DNA from: Octopus sinensis
Taxonomy: Eukaryota
Assembly: GCF_006345805.1 (NCBI RefSeq)
Contig: NW_021823636.1
Coordinates: 1-21,748 of the forward strand
DNA: 21,748 bases
Reading direction: 5' to 3'
The position numbers were made by a program, and so were the translations under genes. This document shows positions 1-9,516 of the stretch, piece by piece. Every line of letters begins with the position of its first letter. The stretch's first letter is position 1. Under the pieces are notes generated by a model, which saw nothing but the letters and a program-made list of their open reading frames with translations, was not told where the DNA came from and did not search any database.

Positions 1-56
1 CCGACCAAAGCCCTTGCGAGTGGATTTGGCTGACGAAAAGTGAAAGGAGACCATCG
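1..56 (+). mobile_element. SINE family A fragment (5' half, cut by window edge)
   Basis: ccgaccaaagcccttgcgagtggatttgg...gaaaggagaccatcgt matches the reverse complement of gacgggcttctttcagtttccgtctaccaaatccactcacaaggctttggtcgg seen in several other copies in the window. Confidence 0.7.
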
Positions 57-122
57 TCTGTGTGAGTGTGTGCGTGTATGTGTGTGAGAGAGAGAGAGAA
101 GATTATTCAGTTTTATTTCAAG

Positions 123-198
123 ATTTCTTTCCAATAGAGAAAGAGCTGGTTTCTAATCTAGAAGGCTCCTTCATTGGAATTCCAACAACATCAATAAG
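123..198 (+). CDS. Candidate internal coding exon (76 nt, phase 1 to 2), peptide [25 protein letters not shown](R); product unknown
   Basis: ttttatttcaAG acceptor, AG|GTATTT donor; only one of three frames is open. No homology recognised and no phase-compatible next exon found. Confidence 0.2.
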
Positions 199-204
199 GT
201 ATTT

Positions 205-570
205 TTGTATGAATGTATGTATGTATGTATGTATGTATGTATGTATGTATGTATGTATGTATGGATGGATGGATGGATGGATGGATGGATGGATGGATGG
301 ACGGACGGATGGATGGACGGATCGATGGATCGATGGATCGATGGATCGATGGATCGATGAATGAATGGATGGATGGATGGATGGATGGATGGATGGATGG
401 ATGAATGAATGGATGGATGGATGGATGGATGGATGGATGGATGGATGGATGGACAGACGGACGGACGGACGGACGGACGGACGGAAGGTTGGATGGATGG
501 ATGGATGGATGGATGGATGAATGGATGGATGGATGGATGAATGCATGCATGCATGCATGGACGGATGTAT
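205..570 (+). repeat. Compound microsatellite: (ATGT)n then (GGAT)n with GGAC/CGAT variants
   Basis: Direct reading of the tandem units. Confidence 0.97.
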
Positions 571-885
571 GCAGATTTATGTTTTCTTCTTTTTTGTATG
601 TAGACTCAGGCAAGGAAGTTTATAAATGATAGGAGAATTTGAGAGAGTGTTTGTGGACGGATTAGTGAATTTGCTGTTGCTCAAAGGGGTACGGAACCAG
701 CATGATGCGGCGAGGATAAACCAGCATATGCTGTCTGGCCCCGCTGCTGATACTGGGGGTTGCGTTCTACGCCTTGACCCGAGCATAGAACGGGGCTCGC
801 CTCTTTGAGCTGGGGAATGAATGGAATGCTTGGTGTGTATCCTGTGGCAACCCCCTCCTAAAAAAAAATGGAGAATAGGCCTGGG

Positions 886-889
<4 letters not shown>

Positions 890-919
<30 letters not shown>
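890..919. repeat. (TA)n microsatellite
   Basis: Direct reading. Confidence 0.9.
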
Positions 920-956
920 TCTCATGCATATAGCTACTTGTCTAGACATGCTCATT

Positions 957-1640
957 TATGTATGTAATGTATGTATGTATGTATGTATGTATGTATGTGT
1001 ATGTATGTATGTGTGTATGTATGTATGTGTGTATGTATGTATGTATGTATGTGTGTGTATGTATGTATGTATGTATGTATGTATGTGTGTGTGTATGTAT
1101 GTATGTATGAATGTATGTATGTAATGTATGTATGTATGTATGTGTATGTATTATGTATGTATGTATGTGTGTGTGTGTGTATGTATGTGTGTATGTATGT
1201 ATGTGTGTATGTATGTATGTATGTGTGTGTATGCATGTATGTATGTATGTATGTATGTATGTGTGTGTGTATGTATGTATGTATGGATGTATGTATGTAA
1301 TGTATGTATGTATGTATGTGTGTATGTATGTATGTGTGTGTATGTATGTATGTATGCATGTGTGTATGTATGTATGTATGTATGTATGTGTGTGTGTATG
1401 TATGTAATGTATGTAAATATGTATGTATGTATGTATATATGTATGTGTGTGTGTATGTATGTATGTATGCATGTATGTATGTATGTATGTAATGTATGTA
1501 TGTATGTATGTATGTATGCATGAATGTATGTATGTAATGTATGTATGTAATGTATGTATGTGTGTATGTATGTGTGTGTATGTATGTATGTATGTATGTA
1601 TGTATGTGTGTGTGTATGTATGTATGTATGTATGTATCTA
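957..1640 (+). repeat. ~680-bp (ATGT)n/(GT)n microsatellite abutting the 3' half of a SINE-A
   Basis: Direct reading; occupies the position of the internal microsatellite seen in all other SINE-A copies. Confidence 0.97.
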
Positions 1641-1914
1641 CATGTGTCTTGTGTCTGGGTCCCCCACCACAGCTTGACAACTGGTGTAGGTTTGCTTACG
1701 TCCCCTGTAACTTAGCAGTTCGGCAAAAGAAACCGGTAGAATAAGTACCAGGCTTAACAAACAAGTTCTAAGGTCGAATCATTCGACTAAAATTTAACTC
1801 ACCTTTCGCAGTAGTCCCTAATCTCGGTATATTTACTCTACATCAACGGTCTTTCAGGCGATGCCCCAGCATGGCCGCAGTCTAATGACTGAAGCAAGTA
1901 AAAAAAACAAAAGA
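1641..1914 (+). mobile_element. SINE family A, 3' half
   Basis: gtcccccaccacagcttgacaactggtgtaggtttgcttacgtcccctgtaacttagcagttcggc...ccagcatggccgcagtctaatgactgaagcaagtaaaa matches the copy at 16024-16660. Confidence 0.85.
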
Positions 1915-2115
1915 TAATGCAAAAACACTCACAAAGAGTCAATAAAATAAAAACAAAATTTTAAAATCTATTCTTGCTGTGCTGATGGGATTGGGCATCT
2001 TAGTCTACATGGATCCACTTTTAAAAGTAGTAGTTATGTTTTGTTCGTTTAAGAGCTGTGAAAGATGTAAATAACATGAAAGGTCTGTGCAAACGACTAT
2101 ATTTTGGACTTACGT

Positions 2116-2349
2116 AAGGCGGCGAGCTGGCAGAAACGTCAGCACGCCGGACGAAATGCGTAGCCGTATTTCGTCTGCCGTTACGTTCTGAGTTCAAATT
2201 CCGCCGAGGTCGACTTTGCCTTTCATCCTTTAGGGGTCGATAAAATTAAGTACCAGTTACGCACTGAGGTCTATGTAATCGACTTAATCCGTTTGTCTGT
2301 CTTTGTTTGTCCCCTCTGTGTTTAGCCCCTTGTGGGTAGTAAAGAAATA
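2116..2349 (+). mobile_element. Full-length SINE family B (tRNA-derived head, GCCTTTCATCCTTT..GGGTCGATAA central domain, tail ...AAAGAAATA)
   Basis: A-box-like TGGCAGAAACG and B-box GAGTTCAAATTCC; perfect 18-bp TSD TATATTTTGGACTTACGT at 2098-2115 and 2350-2367. Confidence 0.93.
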
Positions 2350-2536
2350 TATATTTTGGACTTACGTGACGCCAGCCATTCAACAATCTCGAACGAACAG
2401 TCACGCTTGGAACTATTGAGGACAAGCGCCAGTGTGCGATACGGCGTCAGTGGTGGACTGATGACGTAAAACCAGTGAATAGGCAACCACATGCTGACAA
2501 TTACCCTAACGAATTCCATTGATATATACTTGGCCA

Positions 2537-2553
2537 GTACTTGCTTCGGCAGT

Positions 2554-2593
<40 letters not shown>

Positions 2594-2646
2594 AGCCTCT
2601 GCGCAAGGATGACACGGAAATTCGTGAAGCGTTCCATATAAAAAAA
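2537..2646 (+). pseudogene. U6: Full-length U6 snRNA retrocopy with A7 tail
   Basis: GTACTTGCTTCGGCAGTACATATACTAAAATTGGAACGATACAGAGAAGATTAGC...GTTCCATAT (2537-2639) is collinear with U6; ACAGAGA box at 2577-2583. Three changes from the human U6 sequence in the conserved core (2594, 2598, 2617). Ends in A7 rather than a T-run and sits inside a LINE remnant without a visible upstream promoter. Confidence 0.95.
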
Positions 2647-2648
2647 TA

Positions 2649-2805
2649 TCTGAGTTCAAATTCCGCCGTGGTCGACTTTGCCTTTCATCCTTTCGGGGTC
2701 GATAAATAAAGTACCAGTTTCGCACTGGAGTCGATGTAATCGACTTAATCCCTTTGTCCTTGTTTGTCCCCTCTATGTTCAGCTCCTTGTGGGCAATAAA
2801 GAAAT
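2649..2805 (+). mobile_element. 5'-truncated SINE family B fused to the U6 copy
   Basis: tctgagttcaaattccgccg...aataaagaaata matches 2116-2349; U6 + SINE are flanked together by ATATATACTTGGCCA (2522-2536, 2806-2820). Confidence 0.92.
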
Positions 2806-2964
2806 ATATATACTTGGCCAGGAAGTCAGCAGGAGTCAATCGTCGACTTGGAACAACAACCAGTAGGAGTTATGTGTCAAGTTCATACTATATATGAGTA
2901 TGTATTTGGGCAAGTATAGTTTTATATGAGTATGTGGTAACGGTGCGCGGTCGTGTGTGTATAT

Positions 2965-3380
2965 CAGGGACGTGCAGCCTGAGTAGGCAAGGTAAGCAGT
3001 GTCTACCCTGGATAAATAAAATACATCGATAGTAACACTTTCCTTTTATGGCAAAATATGCACATAATTCAATAAAACTATGAAGGTTACTCTGGTTACT
3101 ATGCACAAAGTGCAAAATATTTTATTTTCTAGTAGATTAGGTAGGCATAATTCGCTCCTGCCTTTCAATCTCAGTATTAAAGCTACGCATAGGACTGCTG
3201 TAGCACACATGCTGCGTACATTCCTACAACTTTTTTCTTTACGCGTTATAAAGGCAGAAGTAAATCTGCCTCCAACTCCGTCGCGCGCCTGTTTCGCTTA
3301 TCTTATTTATTTGTTTATTTTTTTACTACATAAACATCACCAACTGCCTACCCTGAGTATTTACTGACGGCACGTGACTG
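2965..3380. mobile_element. Non-autonomous hAT-like MITE (416 bp)
   Basis: Imperfect TIRs CAGGGACGTGCAGCC / reverse complement CAGTCACGTGCCGTC (11/15), subterminal GTAGGCA / TGCCTAC motifs, 8-bp TSD GTGTATAT (2957-2964) / GTGTGTAT (3381-3388), 7/8 identical. Confidence 0.6.
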
Positions 3381-3389
3381 GTGTGTATA

Positions 3390-4143
3390 CAGAGTGTTCG
3401 GGCTAAATTTGACGATCATCCTTATGTCTCCTTTTTGTTTGTTTGTTTTTTTTGGGGGGGGGTCAGGAAGCGCTTGATGTATTGGTAAATAGTCAACGGC
3501 GTTGGAGAGCATGAATATTAAAGTTGTTGTTGAGAAAAAGTTAGCTGACATGGATGACTGGAAGCCATTTGAATATTAGGAAAGAGTTGCTTGAATCATG
3601 CTGGTTCGCGCCGGGTATCAAAGTGCCGACACCACGACTGCTGCTCAATGCTCTGTGGACACTGTAAAGGCTGAAAGACATGGAATGGACAGCCGCAAAG
3701 GAGACAACGAAACTGTGGCCAGCAGAGAGAGAGAGAGATACAGCAGGCTTTCTCACTGCGTCCGCATGTCGGAACTCATCGCCACATCTTTGAACGGGAT
3801 CTTAGGCTTAATTCAGACGGCTATGAGAAGCTGCTGGAAAGCTGTGGTCAATCCCTGGCTGGTGAAGGTTACTGCTGGAAGGCCATATGTGTGGCAGCAG
3901 GATTCGGTTCCTTGCCACCCACACCTCCAGTGGGAGTCAGAAGTGGTTGTCGGAGAATTTCTACGACTTCACCAGCCACAATTTCTGGGTCCCTAATTCT
4001 TTTGGTTGTAAGCCTATGGTGTAATATGTGTATGTCGTGGTTGAGAAAGACACCAGCCGCTCAGCCTACAACACCACGACTAAGCTAGTGGCCAAGACCA
4101 AGATGTTCGAAGATCTTCTCATCAGGGACACAGTGAAGAATGC
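3390..4143 (+). mobile_element. Tc1/mariner DD37D (maT-type) transposon relic, internally deleted and 3'-truncated
   Basis: TA|CAGAGTG terminus at 3388-3396. Decayed ORF from ATG 3550: N-terminal MDDWKPFEY*...MLVRAGYQSA...CVRMSELIA joined directly to HIFERDLRLNSDGY..LL(fs)VVNPWL...GRPYVWQQDSVPCH(fs)TSSGSQKWLSENFYDFTSHNFWVPNSFGCKPMV*YV. After removing a CCAC duplication there are 37 residues between the QQD aspartate and the third catalytic position (now V). Confidence 0.85.
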
Positions 4144-4157
4144 ATATATATATATAT

Positions 4158-4237
<80 letters not shown>

Positions 4238-4255
4238 TATACATATATATAATAT

Positions 4256-4305
<50 letters not shown>

Positions 4306-4357
4306 CATATCTATATATATATATACATACATATATATATACATATATATATATATA

Positions 4358-4438
<81 letters not shown>

Positions 4439-4460
4439 ATTATATTATTATATATATATA
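4143..4460. repeat. ~320-bp interrupted (TA)n microsatellite
   Basis: Direct reading. Confidence 0.97.
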
Positions 4461-4720
4461 AAATCCGTTCTGTCTGTCTGCCTGTGTGTCTTCTAGGATC
4501 TCGGGCATCCTCCATCCGATTGCGCTCGAAGTTGATATGTAGATACCGACGGTATCAGGGCGTGTATAAGTCTTGAAAAAATTACAAAAATCGATTCCAG
4601 GTGAGAATGCGATCGATAAAGCCGTGGGAACGTGCATTTGTACGCGCAAGTATATCAGCTGTTGCGATCGATACTACGCTTAAGCGAGAAAAATGCACGC
4701 GCAGTTTGCGCAAAAAAAGC
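4450..4720 (+). mobile_element. Possible Helitron/Helentron-type non-autonomous element (5' part)
   Basis: TATATATAAAATCC followed by (CTGT)n and gatctc...ccatccgattgcgctcgaagttg resembles the general layout of Helitron-N/HINE elements; no 3' hairpin-CTAG end identified. Confidence 0.3.
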
Positions 4721-4994
4721 CGGCTGGCTTGAAATAATGTCACAAAATGCAGCATATTTAAGAGACCAAAAAAGTAAGATGCAAAAGAGATATTTTCTTC
4801 AAACTTGGCATGAAGGAAGGAAAGACTATTTGGTTTCTCAAGAAGTTTTTTTTTTTTGCCTTTAACTCCGTTTAACAAAACCAAAAATTTTATTGAAATA
4901 AAGGCATGCTTAAGGCTGTACTCCACTAGCTTTTCCATGCCCTTGAACATCCCGTAAAATAAGTTAGCTTAAAATTAGTTACTTAGTTCCCTAG

Positions 4995-5070
4995 GTTGTT
5001 GCTTTTCATCAAAAATCGCCCCAAGTTAATTTCCTACATGTTTTATCGGATAAAATTATTATTGTCCCAG
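4995..5070 (+). CDS. Candidate internal coding exon (76 nt, phase 0 to 1): VVAFHQKSPQVNFLHVLSDKIIIVP
   Basis: ttagttccctAG acceptor, CAG|GTACGT donor, open frame, phase-compatible with 6742-6819. Confidence 0.35.
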
Positions 5071-5406
5071 GTACGTTCTCATAAATTCATCATGCCTTTC
5101 CATCTAGAATTACCTCCAGCTAACCCATCTGCATGCATCGTTTTTGTCCTGCTTTTCTTCCGTCAACCTGTACATAACTGCACCTTCCATCTTTTGTTGT
5201 TTTTGTATTGCTTAAAGACACGTTTCTTTCCTGCTAAGCTTACTGTTTAAACCGTGTTTATGTTCTCCCAGTCAACAGCCTTATCATTACTGGTACTTTA
5301 AACTCTTCGGTTGCATATTTGTGTGAATAAAATCGTTTTTCTTTGGAATAGGAGAAAAGTCTACCTTTATTTCTTCTTTTGCTAGAGTCTCAAATTTAGG
5401 TCAAAC

Positions 5407-5533
5407 CAGTGTTTCTCAAAGCGGAGGCCTATGGGACGGTCGGACAAGTTACTCTGAGAAAATTTGGTTTAAATGTTTTACAACTCAGCACCGTCCATTG
5501 GACGGGGGGCGTTATGCTCGAATGTATATCAAA
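5407..5533 (+). mobile_element. hAT-Charlie-like terminal fragment
   Basis: Starts CAGTGTTTCTCAAAG, typical of Charlie-group TIRs; the opposite end is not found. Confidence 0.35.
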
Positions 5534-5905
5534 GGCACCACCTTTCATCGAAAAGATCAACCCCAAGACTTATTCTTTGTAAGCCTATTCTATCGGTCTC
5601 TTTTGTCGAACCACTAAGTTACGGGGACGTAAAAACACCAACATCGGTTGTCAAGCGATGGTGGAGGGACAAACACAGACACACAAATACACACTCACAT
5701 AAATATATATACGATGGGCTTCTTTCAGTTTCCATCTATCAAATCCACTCACAAAGCTTTAGTCGGCCCGAGGCTATAGTAGAAGACACTTGCCCAAGGT
5801 ACCACCCAGTGGGACTGAACCTAGAACCATGCATGTGGTTGGAAAGCAAGCTTCTTACCATATAGCCACTCCTGCGCCAATTCTTACCACACAGCCACCC
5901 CTGTG

Positions 5906-5907
<2 letters not shown>
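5534..5907 (-). mobile_element. SINE family A (tRNA head + CTTGGGCAAGTG CORE-like motif + internal microsatellite), 3'-truncated, head end duplicated
   Basis: High similarity to copies at 9835, 14207 and 19812. Confidence 0.9.

Positions 5908-5966
<59 letters not shown>
5908..5966. repeat. (TA)n microsatellite
   Basis: Direct reading. Confidence 0.95.
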
Positions 5967-5967
<1 letters not shown>

Positions 5968-6066
5968 TTGTTGTTGCAAGGACAAATGAAGAGAGAGAAA
6001 AGTAATGGTATCAGCTCATCTCGCTCTCATGTAAGACTAAAGCTGAATCTCATAAATTTATCAGCT

Positions 6067-6146
6067 GTCAGGATGGCCGAGCGGTCTAAGGCGCTGCGTT
6101 CAGGTCGCGTCGGGTTTCCGGCGTGGGTTCGAATCCACTTCTGACA
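6067..6146 (+). tRNA. tRNA-Leu-CAG: tRNA-Leu(CAG), probable pseudogene (two single-base deletions)
   Basis: GTCAGGATGGCCGAGCGGTCTAAGGCGCTGCGTTCAGGTCGC...GGTTCGAATCC...TTCTGACA; intact acceptor stem, anticodon CAG at 6101-6103, long variable arm, T6 terminator at 6153-6158. The anticodon stem lacks one A (CGC-G) and the T stem lacks one C (CC-AC). Confidence 0.9.
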
Positions 6147-6560
6147 AGTTGATTTTTTCGCCTTCCTGTGATGTCCTGTACGTATATATATTTATATATG
6201 CATGTATATATACATGTAGATGTCGGTACGTACATATATGTTTGTATGTATGCATATATTTTATTTATTACACAATATATATATATATATATATATATTA
6301 TATAATATATATATAATATAGATATAGATATATATATATAGGTGTGGGGAGAGTTCACGAAAAAACAAAAGACGAAGACAGGTGGTGTACAAAACAAACA
6401 GATGTATTATTATAACGCTCGGGAATTGAAAAAGTCTTTTACGCTCTTCTACAGAAAGGGACATAAAAAAATAACAAGGAGAGAAACAAGGAGAGAAAAA
6501 AAATGTGTGTAGTGGCTACCGATCTATCATGGCGGCTGATATATATATATATATATATAT

Positions 6561-6690
6561 AGGCGTTGGTCTTTCAGTTTTCGTCTACCAAATCGAATCG
6601 CAAGTGTTTGGTCCGCTTGGGACTATAGTAGAGGACACTTAAGACACTTGTCGAAGGTGCCATGCATTGGGACTTAACCTGCAACCCTGT
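6561..6690 (-). mobile_element. Degenerate SINE family A, 5' half
   Basis: ctttcagttttcgtctaccaaatc...tatagtagaggacactt...ggtgccatgcattgggac. Confidence 0.7.
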
Positions 6691-6741
6691 GGCTTTTAAT
6701 GAAATACTCACGACAATGAAATGCAGCTATCACTTTCGTAG

Positions 6742-6819
6742 ATTCATTTCGCGAACATTGGTTAGGCACGAGCAGTCGTGAATCTCTGGTTTCCTATGAA
6801 AATAGATCCTGTTTTGCAG
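6742..6819 (+). CDS. Candidate internal coding exon (78 nt, phase 1 to 1): (D)SFREHWLGTSSRESLVSYENRSCFA
   Basis: cactttcgtAG acceptor, CAG|GTGAGA donor, open frame that joins in phase to 4995-5070. Confidence 0.35.
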
Positions 6820-7242
6820 GTGAGAATGTATGAGGCTTTGGTCTATCATTGAAAACGGACGACGAACACACACACACACACCCACACAAACACACAGACA
6901 TACGCAGACATACACACACATACACACACACACGTGTAGATATATGTATCTGTGTGTCAAATTACTCTTTGTGCAATTGAAAACGTAACTCAGACAACGT
7001 ACCGCATAGTCGGCTCTCAATGACAAAACTGCTATTTCTGTCCAAGTCTGGCTTCATAAGGAGAATCGTTTACGTTGAACGCCATACGAGACATAAGTTA
7101 AGGACAACAGATATCAAGACAGCTGAACTCAGTGAAATCAACAGCGAATAAGCTGAGAGTGAGAGATACGTAGTGTTCGTTTAGACATCTCTCTCTCAAA
7201 TGCTTACCTTATCTAGAGACTGGGATTAGTTCTGTGCAAGTC

Positions 7243-7726
7243 CTTTATCTTTCATTCTTTTCCTTGTTGCTGTCATTAGACTGCGGCCATGCTGGAGCAC
7301 CGCCTTGAAGATGTTTTTTAGTCGTATTTTTTTTTTAAACTTGGCACTTATTCCGTCGGTTTCTTTTACCGAACCGCTAAGTTAAGGAGACATAGGCACA
7401 CCAACACCTGTTGGCAAGCGGTAAAGGGGAACAAACACAGACACAAACACACACATAGACGCATATACATACATACATACATTATACACACATACACACT
7501 CACACACACACACACATATATATATATTATTTATATATATATATATATTTATATATTATTTATTTATTTACCAATACATGTATTAAAGAGCAACTAATAT
7601 TTTACATATCTGAAACTATTGGTGGCGCTTTAATACATGTAATGTCACCATTAAATAAATAATATTTATCTCTCACCAGATGGCGTATTTATTTTGCTGA
7701 ATTTTCTATCACGGATCAATACAATA

Positions 7727-7797
<71 letters not shown>

Positions 7798-7848
7798 ATA
7801 TATATTAAATATATATATATACATACACACGTACAGTATGTATGTATG

Positions 7849-7882
<34 letters not shown>

Positions 7883-8033
7883 TGTATATATATAAATGAC
7901 TAGCTTCTTTCAGTTTTCGCCTGCCAAATCCTCTTACAAGGCTTTGGTCTGCCCGAGGTCATAGTAGAAGGTTATTAACATCTGAGACATGTGATTGGGG
8001 AGCAATCTTCTTACCACACAGCCACGCCTGCGC
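7243..8033 (-). mobile_element. Degenerate SINE family A with a ~450-bp expanded internal microsatellite region
   Basis: 3' half at 7243-7441 (gactgcggccatgctggagcaccgcc) and 5' half at 7896-8033 (cttctttcagttttcg...ttaccacacagccac). Confidence 0.8.
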
Positions 8034-8362
8034 TATGCCTCTCGGCCATTAACCATCCAAATGGTTCCTTGCTCACTTTCAAAACCTTAAAACACAACAA
8101 TCGCTTCATTTTTATCATCTCTATTACGCATTGTATATCATTGTTTTGTCGTGGCCGATAAAGGGAAAACACTCAAAGAAAAAACTTCCGTGATGGAATG
8201 AAAGCCTGTGTTGGCATAAGTGGTAACGCCCGTTGACCACCTGCTGCAACATCTGTGCAAAGAAATATAAACTCCTTCCTCGCTAGCAGCACTTAGAATT
8301 TACTACATCTGTATTGCTCCAAATCCAATAGCAGCCTTCATCTCTTTAATATAGATTGTATG

Positions 8363-8600
8363 AGGGTGTGAAACCGAGCTGTCAGAATCATTAGCACTCT
8401 GGGCATAGTGCTTGGCGGCATTTCGTCCGTCTGTATGTTCTGAGTTCAAATTCCGCCGGGGGCGGGGAGCGACTTGGCCTTTCATCTTTTCTGTGGAGGT
8501 TGGGGCGATAAAAAAACTTACCAGTTAAGTACCAAGTTCGATGTCATCGATTCACCCTCTCCCACAAACCTGCTGGCCTTGTGCCGAAATTTGTTAAACA
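8363..8600 (+). mobile_element. Old SINE family B copy (second tail type)
   Basis: tgagttcaaattccgcc...ggcctttcatc; decayed 15-bp TSD AATATAGATTGTATG (8348-8362) / AATATAGCTTTTATG (8601-8615). Confidence 0.8.
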
Positions 8601-8632
8601 AATATAGCTTTTATGTGTATGATCAAAACACG

Positions 8633-8675
8633 CTTGTGTGTGCGTGTGTGCACGTGTGCATGTGTGTGTGTGTGC

Positions 8676-8717
<42 letters not shown>

Positions 8718-8767
8718 GTGTGTGTGCATGTGTGTGTGTGTGTGCGTGTGTGTGTGTGTGTGCGTGT
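8633..8767. repeat. (GT)n microsatellite
   Basis: Direct reading. Confidence 0.95.
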
Positions 8768-8844
8768 TTAGATGATGCGTGCTGTCTGAATAACGTTTCG
8801 GTCATTCTCCTCCCTCCCTTTCCACTTCTGTCTATCTTTCAATA

Positions 8845-8968
8845 TCGTTTTGTTTTTTGTTAGTTTCTTTGTAAGTTTGTTTTTTTAATTGTTTTGTTTT
8901 TGTCTTTTTGTTCTTTTTTTTGTTTTGTTTGTCTGTTTTTTGTTTTGTTTTTTGTTTTTGTTTTTTCT
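8845..8968. repeat. (TTTTG)n-like low-complexity tract
   Basis: Direct reading. Confidence 0.85.
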
Positions 8969-9516
8969 CCAACTAAGAGTTTCACATGAAGTGTTAGGTT
9001 CCTGCTTTCCTCACGAATTAAAATTGATTCCATTGTTCAGGAATATTCGTCAACGATATTCATTTGGATGAATCACAAGTGAGAGAACAACTGACCACGC
9101 CTATCGTCTACAGAATTTCATTTATTTTCATTTCCCTTCAATTACCCACTCAATGACGACTACAGCTCAGCAATATCCACCAGAGATCCTATATAAATCC
9201 AGGAAAGTCCCACTTAATCTGTTTTTTCCGCTGTTTGCCCTCCAGCCCATCTTTATCAGCAAATACATCACATTGAGTTAATTGTCTCGACATTGCGCTA
9301 GTATTTTCCATTTTCCTTGAGGTTGACCTCTTGGTTATTAACATCTATTCCTTATAAGGTGACCGCACTTTTATATGAACTTTCTCATAACCAAACGGTA
9401 TGAGATCGCTCCCAACCTGGTTCTGTGGTATAAAAACACCTTGTGTTTTTTAAGTCTTCTACATTAAAACCTTGCATCAAATTTTCAGGATAATTATATG
9501 TCCCATGCTTGAGCTT

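Larger units (their letters stand above)
2085..2860 (+). mobile_element. RTE-clade LINE 3' remnant, interrupted by two later insertions
   Basis: Removing the SINE-B insertion and one TSD copy gives one continuous frame LCKRLYFGLT*RQPFNNLERTVTLGTIEDKRQCAIRRQWWTDDVK, resembling the RTE/BovB ORF C-terminus (YFGH.MRR..SLEKT.MLGKIEG.R.RGR...RW.D). Ends gtcagcaggagtcaatcgtcgacttgg + (AAC)n at 2851-2860. Confidence 0.75.

Noticed and set aside
600-850. GC-richer segment: ORF 626-808, or a decayed CR1/L2 fragment on the minus strand (IPQLKEASPV...IIYKL)
   Set aside because: The resemblance to LVRPHLEYASPVW is too weak and needs frameshifts; the strong acceptor at 603 gives stops in all frames. Needs tBLASTx.
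62-1744. Many long ORFs (YIHT/MYVC/PSIH repeats, up to 242 aa)
   Set aside because: They are translations of ATGT, GGAT and GT microsatellites, which lack stop codons in several frames.
1-1914. SINE-A halves at 1-56 and 1641-1914 being one element split by 1.6 kb
   Set aside because: Unique sequence intervenes and the left end is outside the window, so it cannot be tested.
2537-2646. Functional U6 gene
   Set aside because: A-tail instead of a T terminator, TSD-bounded, inserted in a LINE remnant without an upstream promoter, and three core substitutions.
3598-3996. 132-aa ORF as a host gene
   Set aside because: It is a frameshifted mosaic of mariner transposase segments.
4497-4600. Exon-like segment ending CAG|GTGAGA
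   Set aside because: Stops in all frames and lies in a probable transposon.
5370-5400. Minus-strand PKFETLAKE resembling a hAT transposase C-terminus
   Set aside because: Only about 9 residues, and its orientation is inconsistent with the adjacent TIR.
8175-8235. RKNFRDGMKACVGISG resembling a mariner C-terminus
   Set aside because: Too short, and no TIR found.
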